From: a virus
Virus record (IMG/VR): IMGVR_UViG_3300037851_000568
Location: 10,139 to 74,138 of that record
Length of the DNA: 64,000 bases
Direction: 5' to 3' (one strand)
The translations under genes and the position numbers were made by a program. Positions 44,262 through 52,790 of the stretch are shown here, piece after piece; position 1 is the stretch's first letter, and the number at the start of each line of letters is the position of its first letter. Under the pieces are notes generated by a model. The model was given only the letters and a program-made list of their open reading frames with translations. It did no database searches and was not told the origin of the DNA.

Positions 44262-44610
44262 GCAGGGTATGTGGGGATTCGGACAGGGCTTCTCCGGAGA
44301 GAAGTGGGACCAGGAGTCCTTCTTCGGCGAGATCAAGCGGCTGTCCGGTATCCCGGTGAAGGAGTCAGCCGACGGGATGGACTGGGGCAAGCTCGACGAG
44401 CTGGCCAACCTGTTCGCCTCCCTGAGCGGCTCGCTCCGGCAGGTGATCCAGAAGAAGGACATGTCGGAGGCGGGCGGTCTGGCGGCCATGGCCGTCAAGT
44501 TCGCCAACGACTTCAAGCAGGTTGTCGGCGACCAGTACCCGGCGGAGAACCCTCCGGCTCCGGAGGATGTTCCGATCCCGTCCGGTCCCGGTGCCGAGGT
44601 GGAGGCTTAA
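44254..44610 (+). CDS. hypothetical protein
   Basis: W.QE.FFGEIKRLSGI motif shared with the next gene. Confidence 0.7.
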   Translation: MPEQGMWGFGQGFSGEKWDQESFFGEIKRLSGIPVKESADGMDWGKLDELANLFASLSGSLRQVIQKKDMSEAGGLAAMAVKFANDFKQVVGDQYPAENPPAPEDVPIPSGPGAEVEA

Positions 44611-45093
44611 ATGTTCGAGAGCTGGAACATGGACGGCGCGGACGTTAAGCCCGCTCCTTGGAAGCAGGAAGACTTCTTCGGCGAGGTCCGCAAGCTTTCC
44701 GGGATCAAGGAACCCACACCGGAAACGGTGAAGCCGCGTGGCCTGTTGGTCTCCCGGAACGAGTCCATGAAGGCGGAGCACGCCCTTGGTTCGTACGGGG
44801 TCGAGTACACCGTAGAGGACGTGGACAGCAGCACCCTCCGGATCGTCGCGCAATCGCTGGATCAGGCTGCTGGCCTGCTTCGGCATGCCAAGGTGGCCTT
44901 CAAGGAGGACATGGTCGAGGCGAAGGCCGAGGTTGCGGAGCCGACCAAGGACGAGCGCGATCAGGGCGAGATCCTCGTCATGCTTTCGGCCGCCCAGTCC
45001 CTTGCCAAGGCGTTGAACCTGAGTCAGGCGGCGCAGGATGCCGTCCTCAACGCCATTGACAAGGTCACCAGTGAGCTTGGAAACAAGGCGTAG
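44611..45093 (+). CDS. hypothetical protein
   Basis: WKQEDFFGEVRKLSGI motif. Confidence 0.7.
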   Translation: MFESWNMDGADVKPAPWKQEDFFGEVRKLSGIKEPTPETVKPRGLLVSRNESMKAEHALGSYGVEYTVEDVDSSTLRIVAQSLDQAAGLLRHAKVAFKEDMVEAKAEVAEPTKDERDQGEILVMLSAAQSLAKALNLSQAAQDAVLNAIDKVTSELGNKA

Positions 45094-45205
45094 AGACTTC
45101 ACGCCCGGCGGCCGGGAATCCAATCCCGGATGGCCGCGGACGTTCGTCCCGTACGTCAATAGCTGGATCAACGAGATCAAGAAGACCATGGCATCGGAGG
45201 GAGGC

Positions 45206-45850
45206 ATGGACAAGATCAAGGCCCTGCTGGCGGACCTGAAGGCGAAGGCCTGCGGGGAGCTTTCTGAGGCTGCCGCTGGCACGGCTCCTGTTGCCGAAGT
45301 TGGGCAGGTGATGGACGTCACGCTGGCCAAGGCGGCGGAGCAGAACTACGCCTACAAGGGCAAGAAGCAGTACCAGCCTCCCGGCAAGCCCACCAAGGAC
45401 TGCGAGACCGTGGAAGGCCCCGGAGCCTTCGAGGACATCGCCAAGTCGATCAAGGCGCTGTCGGCGATCATCGAGCAGGGGGAGGAAGGGGATCCGGGGA
45501 GGGAGGCGGGCGAGGCTCCGGAGTCTGATCCGAAGCCGGAGGCTGAGCCTGAAAAGGCGGAGCCCTCCGAACCTTCGGATGAGGCTCCGGACCTCGCTTC
45601 AGCCATCAAGAACAACCTCGCCCATGGTATTGCCGACGGCGTGGTCAGCTCCTTGGCGGCTGTGTTCGGCGATCCGATCAACTTCGCCGACGCCGAGGTG
45701 CTCAAGGCCGTCGACGAGGTGGAGCGCCAGTACAACCAGAAGGGCCGCCAGTTCTTCACCCAGCTCCGTGCCGAACTGAGGGACATCGGATCGGTCGACC
45801 GCGATAGGGCGGTTCGGGCTGCGGTCCGCGTCTTCCGTGAGCTTGCCTGA
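45206..45850 (+). CDS. hypothetical protein with a Glu/Pro-rich linker
   Basis: SD GGAGGGAGG before ATG 45206. Confidence 0.7.
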   Translation: MDKIKALLADLKAKACGELSEAAAGTAPVAEVGQVMDVTLAKAAEQNYAYKGKKQYQPPGKPTKDCETVEGPGAFEDIAKSIKALSAIIEQGEEGDPGREAGEAPESDPKPEAEPEKAEPSEPSDEAPDLASAIKNNLAHGIADGVVSSLAAVFGDPINFADAEVLKAVDEVERQYNQKGRQFFTQLRAELRDIGSVDRDRAVRAAVRVFRELA

Positions 45851-46121
45851 GCCTGTAGACGAAGCCCGCAAGAAGCCCAAGCGCGTGTCCATGGCGTACA
45901 CGTGCAGCGTGGACGCTTTCCGGCGGAATGCCAAGCGGCTGGAGAAGGAGGGCTACCCCTCCTCGCTGGCTTACGCACAGGCCTATCAGGCCCTCTCGTT
46001 CGCCTGCGAACGTACCAAGCGGGAAGCCGGAGTCGTTCTCATGGCTCCCGCCAACGAGTCCCTGACCTTGGATGAACTGACCTTGATTGCCAAGGGGCTT
46101 ACAGAATCGCTGTTGTCGTGA
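45837..46121 (+). CDS. hypothetical protein
   Basis: ORF; start uncertain. Confidence 0.5.
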   Translation: MSLPEPVDEARKKPKRVSMAYTCSVDAFRRNAKRLEKEGYPSSLAYAQAYQALSFACERTKREAGVVLMAPANESLTLDELTLIAKGLTESLLS

Positions 46122-46909
46122 TCACGAAGAGCAAGAACTTCGACGACGTCATGGAGGCCTTGGAGGAGCTTGAGCCTCGGGCCAGAACATACGCACGTCA
46201 GGTGTTCGCAGCGCTCGGCGATGACGTTTTCGACCGTGTTCGTGCGCTGCTGAGGCCGAAGTTCTGGTGGCAGAAGCCGTTCAAGAAGAGCCTCAAGTAC
46301 GGGTACCTGACCGACAAGGATCAGGACTTTCTGGCGGTCTACGGCGACAAGCCCGGTTTCGTGAACCATCTGGATGCCACGCGCATGCTGATCTGGTTCG
46401 GGAATACGACCAACAAGATGCTGGCCTCCAGAGCCGACCTTTTTCGCAAGTTCAATCCGTGGACCGTGGACACGCTGCCCAAGGTTGCGGCCGACCTGTA
46501 TGGGGCGCGTGCCAAGGTGCGGGTGATGTCCCCCGCCGTTGTTACGCAGCGCAGGCGCGAGCTTCGGAAGCAGATGCCGCAGATCATGAAGACCCTGCTG
46601 GCCAACAAGGTGCCCATCAAGAAGGGTCCGGCCAAGCTCAACAATCGTACGGTCTTCGATCTTGAGCACGCTCTGCTGTCTCAGGAGTTCTTCAGGGGCG
46701 GCCGACCGGTATTTCGGCAGGTGCTCCGGCAGATCAACCAGTTGGTGGCCAGAGCGTCGGCCGAGGTGGACCCGGACATGATGCTGGACCCTGAGCAAGG
46801 TACCGCCGAGAAAGACGGCTTTGGGGAAATTCCCAAGCTTGATCCCGCTTTGCTCCCCTCCATCAGCGAATTCCAGAGTAAAATCATCGGAAAGAAGGTG
46901 AGGGAGTAG
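46118..46909 (+). CDS. basic hypothetical protein (possible virion morphogenesis protein)
   Basis: Position just before the tail-completion gene. Confidence 0.65.
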   Translation: MITKSKNFDDVMEALEELEPRARTYARQVFAALGDDVFDRVRALLRPKFWWQKPFKKSLKYGYLTDKDQDFLAVYGDKPGFVNHLDATRMLIWFGNTTNKMLASRADLFRKFNPWTVDTLPKVAADLYGARAKVRVMSPAVVTQRRRELRKQMPQIMKTLLANKVPIKKGPAKLNNRTVFDLEHALLSQEFFRGGRPVFRQVLRQINQLVARASAEVDPDMMLDPEQGTAEKDGFGEIPKLDPALLPSISEFQSKIIGKKVRE

Positions 46910-47736
46910 TGGCGGATCCTTGCAAGCCCAACGACTGCGAGACGAAGTCCTGCCACTTCAACGACGGGACCAAGTTCCCCACCACGTGGGGCTACAAGAC
47001 CGGGCTCGTCGACGTCGGGGCCTACGACCGTGGGATCATGCGGACCCTCGGGGTGGAGCTGCAGGATCCGGTCATCGGGGATCGTCCTCGTTTGTTCACC
47101 AGAGTTCCTGGAATTCAGGGAACCCAGGAGGACAAGGTCACGGTGGTCTACGCCAATCCGGAGCAGGTCTTCTCCACCTACAAGATCCCCATGATCCTGA
47201 TCCGCCGGGATTCCGTTACGCCTGCGCTGCAGCACGCCTTTGCGTGGCAGAACGAGTACAACGTCCCGGCCGAGAATTCCCGATTGATCACCAAGGTTGA
47301 CCCCAACACGGGCATCTGTCTGGGGCAGGGCTACTCCCATATGGAGACCAAGCCTAGAGCCTTCCCGTACGACATAGGGTACACCATCGAGATCTGGGCC
47401 AGAAAGCGGTTGGACGCCAATAAGATCCTGCAGAAGGTCTTGAGTGTGTTCCCCCCGTACGGTAATATGCTGGTCGTAGATAGCGTAGGGTGTGCCCGGT
47501 CTTACTTGGCCTTGCAGGAGGGCTTTTCCGAGATCACCGAGATCACGGACATCATGAACCGGCAGCCCTCGTACGCGGTGACCCTCACCGTGCAGGGTGA
47601 GCTGGATTCCGCGATGCCCGAGACCCGGAAGACGGTTGACACCTTCAACGTCACCCTCTACCAGAAGGAAAGGGTGCTGTCCTGCAGGTGCTGGGAGTGT
47701 TCGGGCACGGCGAACGAAAGCAGGCGTTGTCCGTAA
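46909..47736 (+). CDS. tail completion/terminator protein (T4 gp15-like)
   Basis: IPMILIRRDS...PYDIGYTIEIWA...KILQKV; precedes the sheath gene. Confidence 0.7.
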   Translation: MADPCKPNDCETKSCHFNDGTKFPTTWGYKTGLVDVGAYDRGIMRTLGVELQDPVIGDRPRLFTRVPGIQGTQEDKVTVVYANPEQVFSTYKIPMILIRRDSVTPALQHAFAWQNEYNVPAENSRLITKVDPNTGICLGQGYSHMETKPRAFPYDIGYTIEIWARKRLDANKILQKVLSVFPPYGNMLVVDSVGCARSYLALQEGFSEITEITDIMNRQPSYAVTLTVQGELDSAMPETRKTVDTFNVTLYQKERVLSCRCWECSGTANESRRCP

Positions 47737-47747
47737 AGGAGAGAGGC

Positions 47748-47960
47748 ATGGCAAGCCAGTTCGGCGTCTACAAGAACGTCACCATCTACCCCCTTTGCGT
47801 GAAGCTTCCTGCCAAGGACGTCGCCAGCCTTCCGCCCGGCAAGACGGCGGTCTTCGCTGATGCGTGGCCCGGCGTGAAGGATCAGGTGGAGAAGGGGAAA
47901 CTGGTACGCGTTGCCGACGCGCCGAGCCAGAACGTGGTTTCGGTCGTCGCCAACGGGTAG
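47748..47960 (+). CDS. small hypothetical protein
   Basis: SD GGAGAGAGG. Confidence 0.6.
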   Translation: MASQFGVYKNVTIYPLCVKLPAKDVASLPPGKTAVFADAWPGVKDQVEKGKLVRVADAPSQNVVSVVANG

Positions 47961-47985
47961 TCCGGAGTAGGAGGGAGGATCGGAA

Positions 47986-49800
47986 ATGGCCATTCCCAAG
48001 AGCCCTGGAGTCTTCGTTCAGGAGGTTGCCCCCACGCGGGTTCCGCAGGGGGTGTCTCCTTCCAACATGGGTATTGTCGGGTTCACGGTGCAGGGGCCTG
48101 TCAACGTGGCTACCCTGGTCGAGAGCTACGACGAATTTACCCGCAAGTTTGGCGGGGAGACCGACCTCTCGCTGGTTCCCCTCTCGACGCAGGCGTTCTT
48201 CGAGAACGGTGGCCGTCGGGCGTTCGTGGTCCGCGTCGTCCCGGCTGGGTCGGAGACGGCTGAGGTCGAAGTCGACGCCCCGGCCAAGTGGACTGTTGAC
48301 GCCATCTCGCCGGGAGAGTGGGGCAACCTCCTGAAGTTCCGTTTCGTTGGCGATCCCGACTTCCTCAACACGTCCGGTCCGTTGCCTGTCTGGGAGCGGT
48401 TCGACGTGCAGGTGCTGCAGTTCGACGCCAGCGTGGGGGCCTTCCTCGCGCAGGAAGTCTTCCAGCAGGTGGACCTGACCAACGCCAGCTCTCCAGCCTT
48501 CATGCCGACGGTGGTCAACGACGACCAGCGCGGAAGCCAGCTCGTACGGGTGTCGGAAGGCCTCAACGGGGTTCCTGACGCCATGGCGGCCACGAACGTG
48601 ACCGGTGAAACCATCGCCACGGGTGACGGCGTCACGACACAGTTCACCGGCTTCCTCGCCCAGCCGTCGGTGTACCCCGGCAGCATCGCGATCTCGACGG
48701 CCATCACGCTCCTGAGCGTGACGGACAACAGCTACGGAAGCTTGGTAGGCGACGTGTCGGCTGCCGGGCTCAACATCGTCAACTACGAGACTGGTGAGTT
48801 CAACGTGACGTTCGATCTGCCGCCTGCCCCGGGCGAGCCGGTCACGGCGGACTACATCCACCTCAACAACGAGGTGACGTTCGATCTGGCCGGTGGCACG
48901 AACGGCGTGGGAGTGATCACCCGCAATCAGGTGACGAACCCTCTGCTTGAGACCAACAAGCAGGGCATCTACGCCTTCAACGCCGTCGAGGACATCGTCA
49001 ATATCATCCTGCCCGACTTTGCCGGTGACGAGCAGGTGATGCAGGATCAGGCCGAGTTCTGTGACTCCAAGCAGGACCGGTTCACGATCCTGACGACACC
49101 TCCGGCCCTGACTCCGGCCGAGGCCATCACGTTCATCCGGAACGACTACGCCCGGAACAGCCGGAACGCGGCCGTGTACTACCCGTGGGTCAAGGTTCTG
49201 GATCAGGCCACGCAGGGGATCCGGACCATCCCGGCTCTCGGGCACATCGCCGGGATCTATGCCAACACGGATCTGAAGCGGACCGTGGCCAAGGCTCCGG
49301 CTGGCATCGATGATGGCCGGTTCCAGGGCATCTTCGCCATCGAGCGGAAGCTCGAACGGGTGGATCTGGACAACCTGTACCAGAGCCGGATCAACCCGCT
49401 GTTCAGCTCCGAGACGACCGGTGACATCGTGTTCGGCGTCCGGACCGGCAGCCTGGATGTGGCGTGGCGCTACATCAACGTTCGCCGGACCTTCATCTAC
49501 GTCGAGAAGGTCCTGTTCCGGGAGACGCAGTTCGCGCTCTTCGAGAACAACGGCCCGGACCTCTGGTCCCGCGTGTCCATGACGCTCAACGGCGTGCTGA
49601 CCTCGATGTACAACGCCAAGATGTTCGCGGGGAACACGCCGGAGGAGGCGTTCTTCGTCATCTGCGATCAGACCAACAACACGCCGCAGGACATCGAGGA
49701 CGGCGTGGTGAACATCGATGTGGGCATCGCTCCGCAGAAGCCTGCCGAATTCATCATGATTCGGATCCAGCAGAAGCAGGTTCAGGCTACGACGACATAG
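47986..49800 (+). CDS. tail sheath protein (gp18-like)
   Basis: SPGVFVQE, GPVN, FFENGG, AVYYPW, WRYINVRR, ICDQTNNT, PAEFI. Confidence 0.95.
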   Translation: MAIPKSPGVFVQEVAPTRVPQGVSPSNMGIVGFTVQGPVNVATLVESYDEFTRKFGGETDLSLVPLSTQAFFENGGRRAFVVRVVPAGSETAEVEVDAPAKWTVDAISPGEWGNLLKFRFVGDPDFLNTSGPLPVWERFDVQVLQFDASVGAFLAQEVFQQVDLTNASSPAFMPTVVNDDQRGSQLVRVSEGLNGVPDAMAATNVTGETIATGDGVTTQFTGFLAQPSVYPGSIAISTAITLLSVTDNSYGSLVGDVSAAGLNIVNYETGEFNVTFDLPPAPGEPVTADYIHLNNEVTFDLAGGTNGVGVITRNQVTNPLLETNKQGIYAFNAVEDIVNIILPDFAGDEQVMQDQAEFCDSKQDRFTILTTPPALTPAEAITFIRNDYARNSRNAAVYYPWVKVLDQATQGIRTIPALGHIAGIYANTDLKRTVAKAPAGIDDGRFQGIFAIERKLERVDLDNLYQSRINPLFSSETTGDIVFGVRTGSLDVAWRYINVRRTFIYVEKVLFRETQFALFENNGPDLWSRVSMTLNGVLTSMYNAKMFAGNTPEEAFFVICDQTNNTPQDIEDGVVNIDVGIAPQKPAEFIMIRIQQKQVQATTT

Positions 49801-49813
49801 GAAGGGGGAAACC

Positions 49814-49999
49814 ATGGAACTGACGCTGAAGGGCATCCTTAACCATCTGGCCTCGTGGTTCGTGGCCGGAGTGGGTCTCGGCCTCGGCTGGTGGCTCGGT
49901 GGCAAACTCAAGGATCTTGCCTGCAAGCTGATCCCGGCCAAGAAGTGCGCTGAAGCCCCGAAGGTGCTGACCGAGAACAAGCCCGAACAGAAGGCGTAG
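49814..49999 (+). CDS. small membrane protein (holin-like?)
   Basis: Gly-rich TM segment WFVAGVGLGLGWWLGG. Confidence 0.6.
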   Translation: MELTLKGILNHLASWFVAGVGLGLGWWLGGKLKDLACKLIPAKKCAEAPKVLTENKPEQKA

Positions 50000-50008
50000 G
50001 GAGGGTTT

Positions 50009-50533
50009 ATGGCACGCTCGATTGCCACGGACTTTTTGCATTTGTTCAAGTTTCGGGTGACGGAGCCGTCGAACTTCCTCAACCCGGCGGCTGGCTTCTC
50101 GTCCGTGACCATTCCGGACTTCAGCCAGCCCGAGGTGACGTACCGCGAAGGCCTGTACGTCTACACGCGCAAGTACCCCGGTATCCCCGAGTTCTCCAAC
50201 ATCACGCTTTCTCGCGGCGTGGCCCGGTCCGCCACGGACTTCTTCAACTGGATGCTCCAGCCCATTAACGGGCAGGAGTACCGCACGACCATCGAGATCC
50301 AGCACTTCCATCGTGCGGACCAGAAGCAGCCGTCGGCCCGGTACATCCTCAAGGAGGCGTTTGCGGTCCGGATGCGCCCGACCGGCGATCTGGACGCGAA
50401 CAGCCCCGAGGTGGCCATCGAGGAACTGGAGATCGCCTTCGAGGAGCTGCTGGTCCAGCGGACCGGTGGTGGCCTTGGCCAGACGATCAGCCAGAACGTG
50501 GTGCTGGGAACCGGCACCAAGATTTCGACCTAA
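50009..50533 (+). CDS. tail tube protein (gp19-like)
   Basis: FKFRV, GFSSVT, YREG, KYPG...NITLSRGV, IEELEIAFE. Confidence 0.9.
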   Translation: MARSIATDFLHLFKFRVTEPSNFLNPAAGFSSVTIPDFSQPEVTYREGLYVYTRKYPGIPEFSNITLSRGVARSATDFFNWMLQPINGQEYRTTIEIQHFHRADQKQPSARYILKEAFAVRMRPTGDLDANSPEVAIEELEIAFEELLVQRTGGGLGQTISQNVVLGTGTKIST

Positions 50534-50550
50534 ACTGCACACTGTGCAGT
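50534..50550. repeat. 17-bp palindrome ACTGCACA-C-TGTGCAGT (copy 4)
   Basis: Immediately after the tube stop codon. Confidence 0.8.
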
Positions 50551-50559
50551 CGGAGGGTT

Positions 50560-51216
50560 ATGGCGCGTAGCGTCCGGGTGGACCACGCCCAGAACTACCG
50601 CTTCCGAGTGGCGGTGGTGGACGAGGGTGGGCAGTCTGACATCAGTCTGCTCAGCCCAAAGGCCATCACCCTGTTCGGAGGGTCGTATGCCAGCTTCGCC
50701 CGCGTCTCCGTTCCGAGCGTCACCATCGAGACGGAAGAGATCAAGGAGGGCGTCTGGCCGTTCCGCCGCCGGGCCATCGTTGGAGCGTCCATGGACACGG
50801 TGCTCCTCGAACGTGGCGTGACCATCCCCGACTCCGACTTCTGGCAGTGGGCCGTGGGAGCTATTACCGGGGAAATCGCCCGCAAGACGGTTATAATCCA
50901 GCTGATGGCGAGGACGCAGGAACCGGCCCTCTTTCCCGGTCCGCAACAGGATCGTATGCGGTCGGCATCTCTGAGCGGCTCTCTGAGGCTTGGGCAGGCG
51001 GACATCGTGCAGTACAAGGTCAATCCTGTGCTTCCCATTGTGGCCAAGCAGTGGACGTTGCACGAGTGCATCCCGGTTCGAGTGAAGCCCGCCAGCGATC
51101 TGGACGCTTCCAGTGCCGAGGTTTCCTTGACGGAACTGGAGATTCACGCCAACTGGATGGAACAGGCCCGGTCCACGTTCATCTCCACTGGCGGTCCGGA
51201 GATGCTGATCACGTAA
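50560..51216 (+). CDS. second tail-tube-fold protein
   Basis: NYRFRV, FARVS, IKEG, LERGV, SDLDASS.EV..LEI. Confidence 0.85.
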   Translation: MARSVRVDHAQNYRFRVAVVDEGGQSDISLLSPKAITLFGGSYASFARVSVPSVTIETEEIKEGVWPFRRRAIVGASMDTVLLERGVTIPDSDFWQWAVGAITGEIARKTVIIQLMARTQEPALFPGPQQDRMRSASLSGSLRLGQADIVQYKVNPVLPIVAKQWTLHECIPVRVKPASDLDASSAEVSLTELEIHANWMEQARSTFISTGGPEMLIT

Positions 51217-51242
51217 AAATTTTGGGATGAGCTGAGTACATA

Positions 51243-51776
51243 ATGCTCGACGACATGATCCTGAGCGCGGTGGACTGGCAGAAGGCCGTCCTGAAGAGGG
51301 ACGCGGACGCCTGTGCGGTCTGCAAGAGCACCGAGGGAATCCAGGTCTACTACATCACCCCCAAGTCGTTGGGCGGCCGCACCATCGTGGCCAACGGGGT
51401 GACCCTCTGCCTGACGTGCCGGGCCAGCAACGCCACCCGGGCCGGACAGGCGGCGGCCGAGTTCCTCAAGGTTCGGTGGAACGTCCCGCTGTCGCAGGAG
51501 TTCCTTCGGGATCTGAACCTGATCTCCATGGCGGTCGGCCGGTCGGTCTCGGACATCGTCCGGGAGGTGATGTCGGAGGCCGTCTTCACCTCCAAGTGGG
51601 ACAGGCTGGAGACGGTTCCCACCAACGGGTCTCCGCCGGAGCGGACCAACGTGTGGATCGCCAAGCCTGTGTTCGAGAAGTTCGAGCAGTGGTGCAAGAA
51701 GCGTGATCTGACCGCGCCCACGGCGATCCGCAGCCTTCTTTGGGCATGGGCGCAGGACATCCAGAAAGGGGTATGA
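51243..51776 (+). CDS. degenerate HNH/Zn module fused to two ribbon-helix-helix-like domains
   Basis: KRD..CAVC...QVYYITPKSLGG...NGVTLCLTC (His replaced by Tyr); RWNVPL...SVSDIVRE and RTNVWI...TAIRSLL. Confidence 0.65.
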   Translation: MLDDMILSAVDWQKAVLKRDADACAVCKSTEGIQVYYITPKSLGGRTIVANGVTLCLTCRASNATRAGQAAAEFLKVRWNVPLSQEFLRDLNLISMAVGRSVSDIVREVMSEAVFTSKWDRLETVPTNGSPPERTNVWIAKPVFEKFEQWCKKRDLTAPTAIRSLLWAWAQDIQKGV

Positions 51777-52501
51777 CCATGGCGGGAGAGTTGGTGTTCG
51801 AGCTGCCGACGGGCTGGCTTGGCCCGGACGGGCAGGTGCATCGTCGCGTCGAGATGCGGGAGATGACGGGGTACGAGGAGGACGTGATCGGGGACGACCG
51901 TCTGCCCTACAACGTCAGGATGAACCGCGTGCTGGCGGGGTGCGTGGTAAAGCTTGGTCCCATCACGGACAAGGCCGAGATCGAAAAGATCATGGACCAG
52001 CTGACGTCCGTGGACCGGATGAAGCTGCTCATCATGATCCGGGTGGCCAGCCTGCCGGAGCCCTTCGAGTTCGACGTGACCTGCCCCGGCTGCAACAAGA
52101 AGGGCACCCACCAGCTGGACCTCCTCACGTTGCAGTTCGAGGGCCTCAAGGATCCCAAGGTTCGGGAGTATGAGATGAGCCTGCCTTCCGGTCGGAAGGC
52201 CGTTTGCCGGGTGCTGACGGGAGAGCTGGAGAACAGGATCTCGGAGCTGGAGCGGGCGGACATCATGTCGGGGTCCATCCTGCTTCGGCTGGCCAAGCTT
52301 GACGACAAGGCGGACCTTACGCTGGAGGACGTCAAGAAGATGCCTCTCAAGGACCGCACCGCGCTTCGCAACAGGTTCGACGAGATCGAGGGTGGATTCG
52401 AGCGGGACATTCAGGTTTCCTGCAAGAACTGCCGGAAGGAGTTCGAGACGCGCCTTGATCTGGGCGTGATGGAGTTGCTCTACAAGAACCTGAAGGCGTG
52501 A
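51773..52501 (+). CDS. tail assembly chaperone / baseplate hub assembly protein (gp26-like)
   Basis: REMTGYEE, DRMKLL..IR, CPGC...CKNC, DRTALR; lies before the tape measure. Confidence 0.75.
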   Translation: MTMAGELVFELPTGWLGPDGQVHRRVEMREMTGYEEDVIGDDRLPYNVRMNRVLAGCVVKLGPITDKAEIEKIMDQLTSVDRMKLLIMIRVASLPEPFEFDVTCPGCNKKGTHQLDLLTLQFEGLKDPKVREYEMSLPSGRKAVCRVLTGELENRISELERADIMSGSILLRLAKLDDKADLTLEDVKKMPLKDRTALRNRFDEIEGGFERDIQVSCKNCRKEFETRLDLGVMELLYKNLKA

Positions 52502-52502
52502 C

Positions 52503-52787
52503 GTGACCAAGCAGACGTTCGAGTCATGGACCCCGGAGAAGTTCGAGACCACGGGGGAGACCCCGCAGGACCTGCTTCGGAAGGTCGAACTCGACGAACT
52601 GGTGGTCAAGTATGCCAACGATTGGTTGGTTCGGTTGTTTCTTCCTCTTGGTATCCGTGAGGCCATGGAGGACGAAATTCAGCTGTTGATGAAGCACCTG
52701 CACCAGCCGTACGATGCTGTGATGTTGATGCCGTGCTCTCGTAGGCGGCGTCTGGTGGAGAGAGTGGCGCAAGCCAGCAAGGGTTAA
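52503..52787 (+). CDS. small tail-assembly-chaperone-like protein
   Basis: EIQLLMKHLH...LMPCSRRRRL; position. Confidence 0.6.
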   Translation: MTKQTFESWTPEKFETTGETPQDLLRKVELDELVVKYANDWLVRLFLPLGIREAMEDEIQLLMKHLHQPYDAVMLMPCSRRRRLVERVAQASKG

Positions 52788-52790
52788 CGG

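Noticed and set aside
45100-45140. Reverse-strand tRNA fragment
   Set aside because: Only one imperfect hairpin, with no cloverleaf.
52480-52510. Programmed frameshift joining the two tail chaperone ORFs
   Set aside because: There is no slippery heptamer, and the downstream frame has a TGA at 52491 just upstream.
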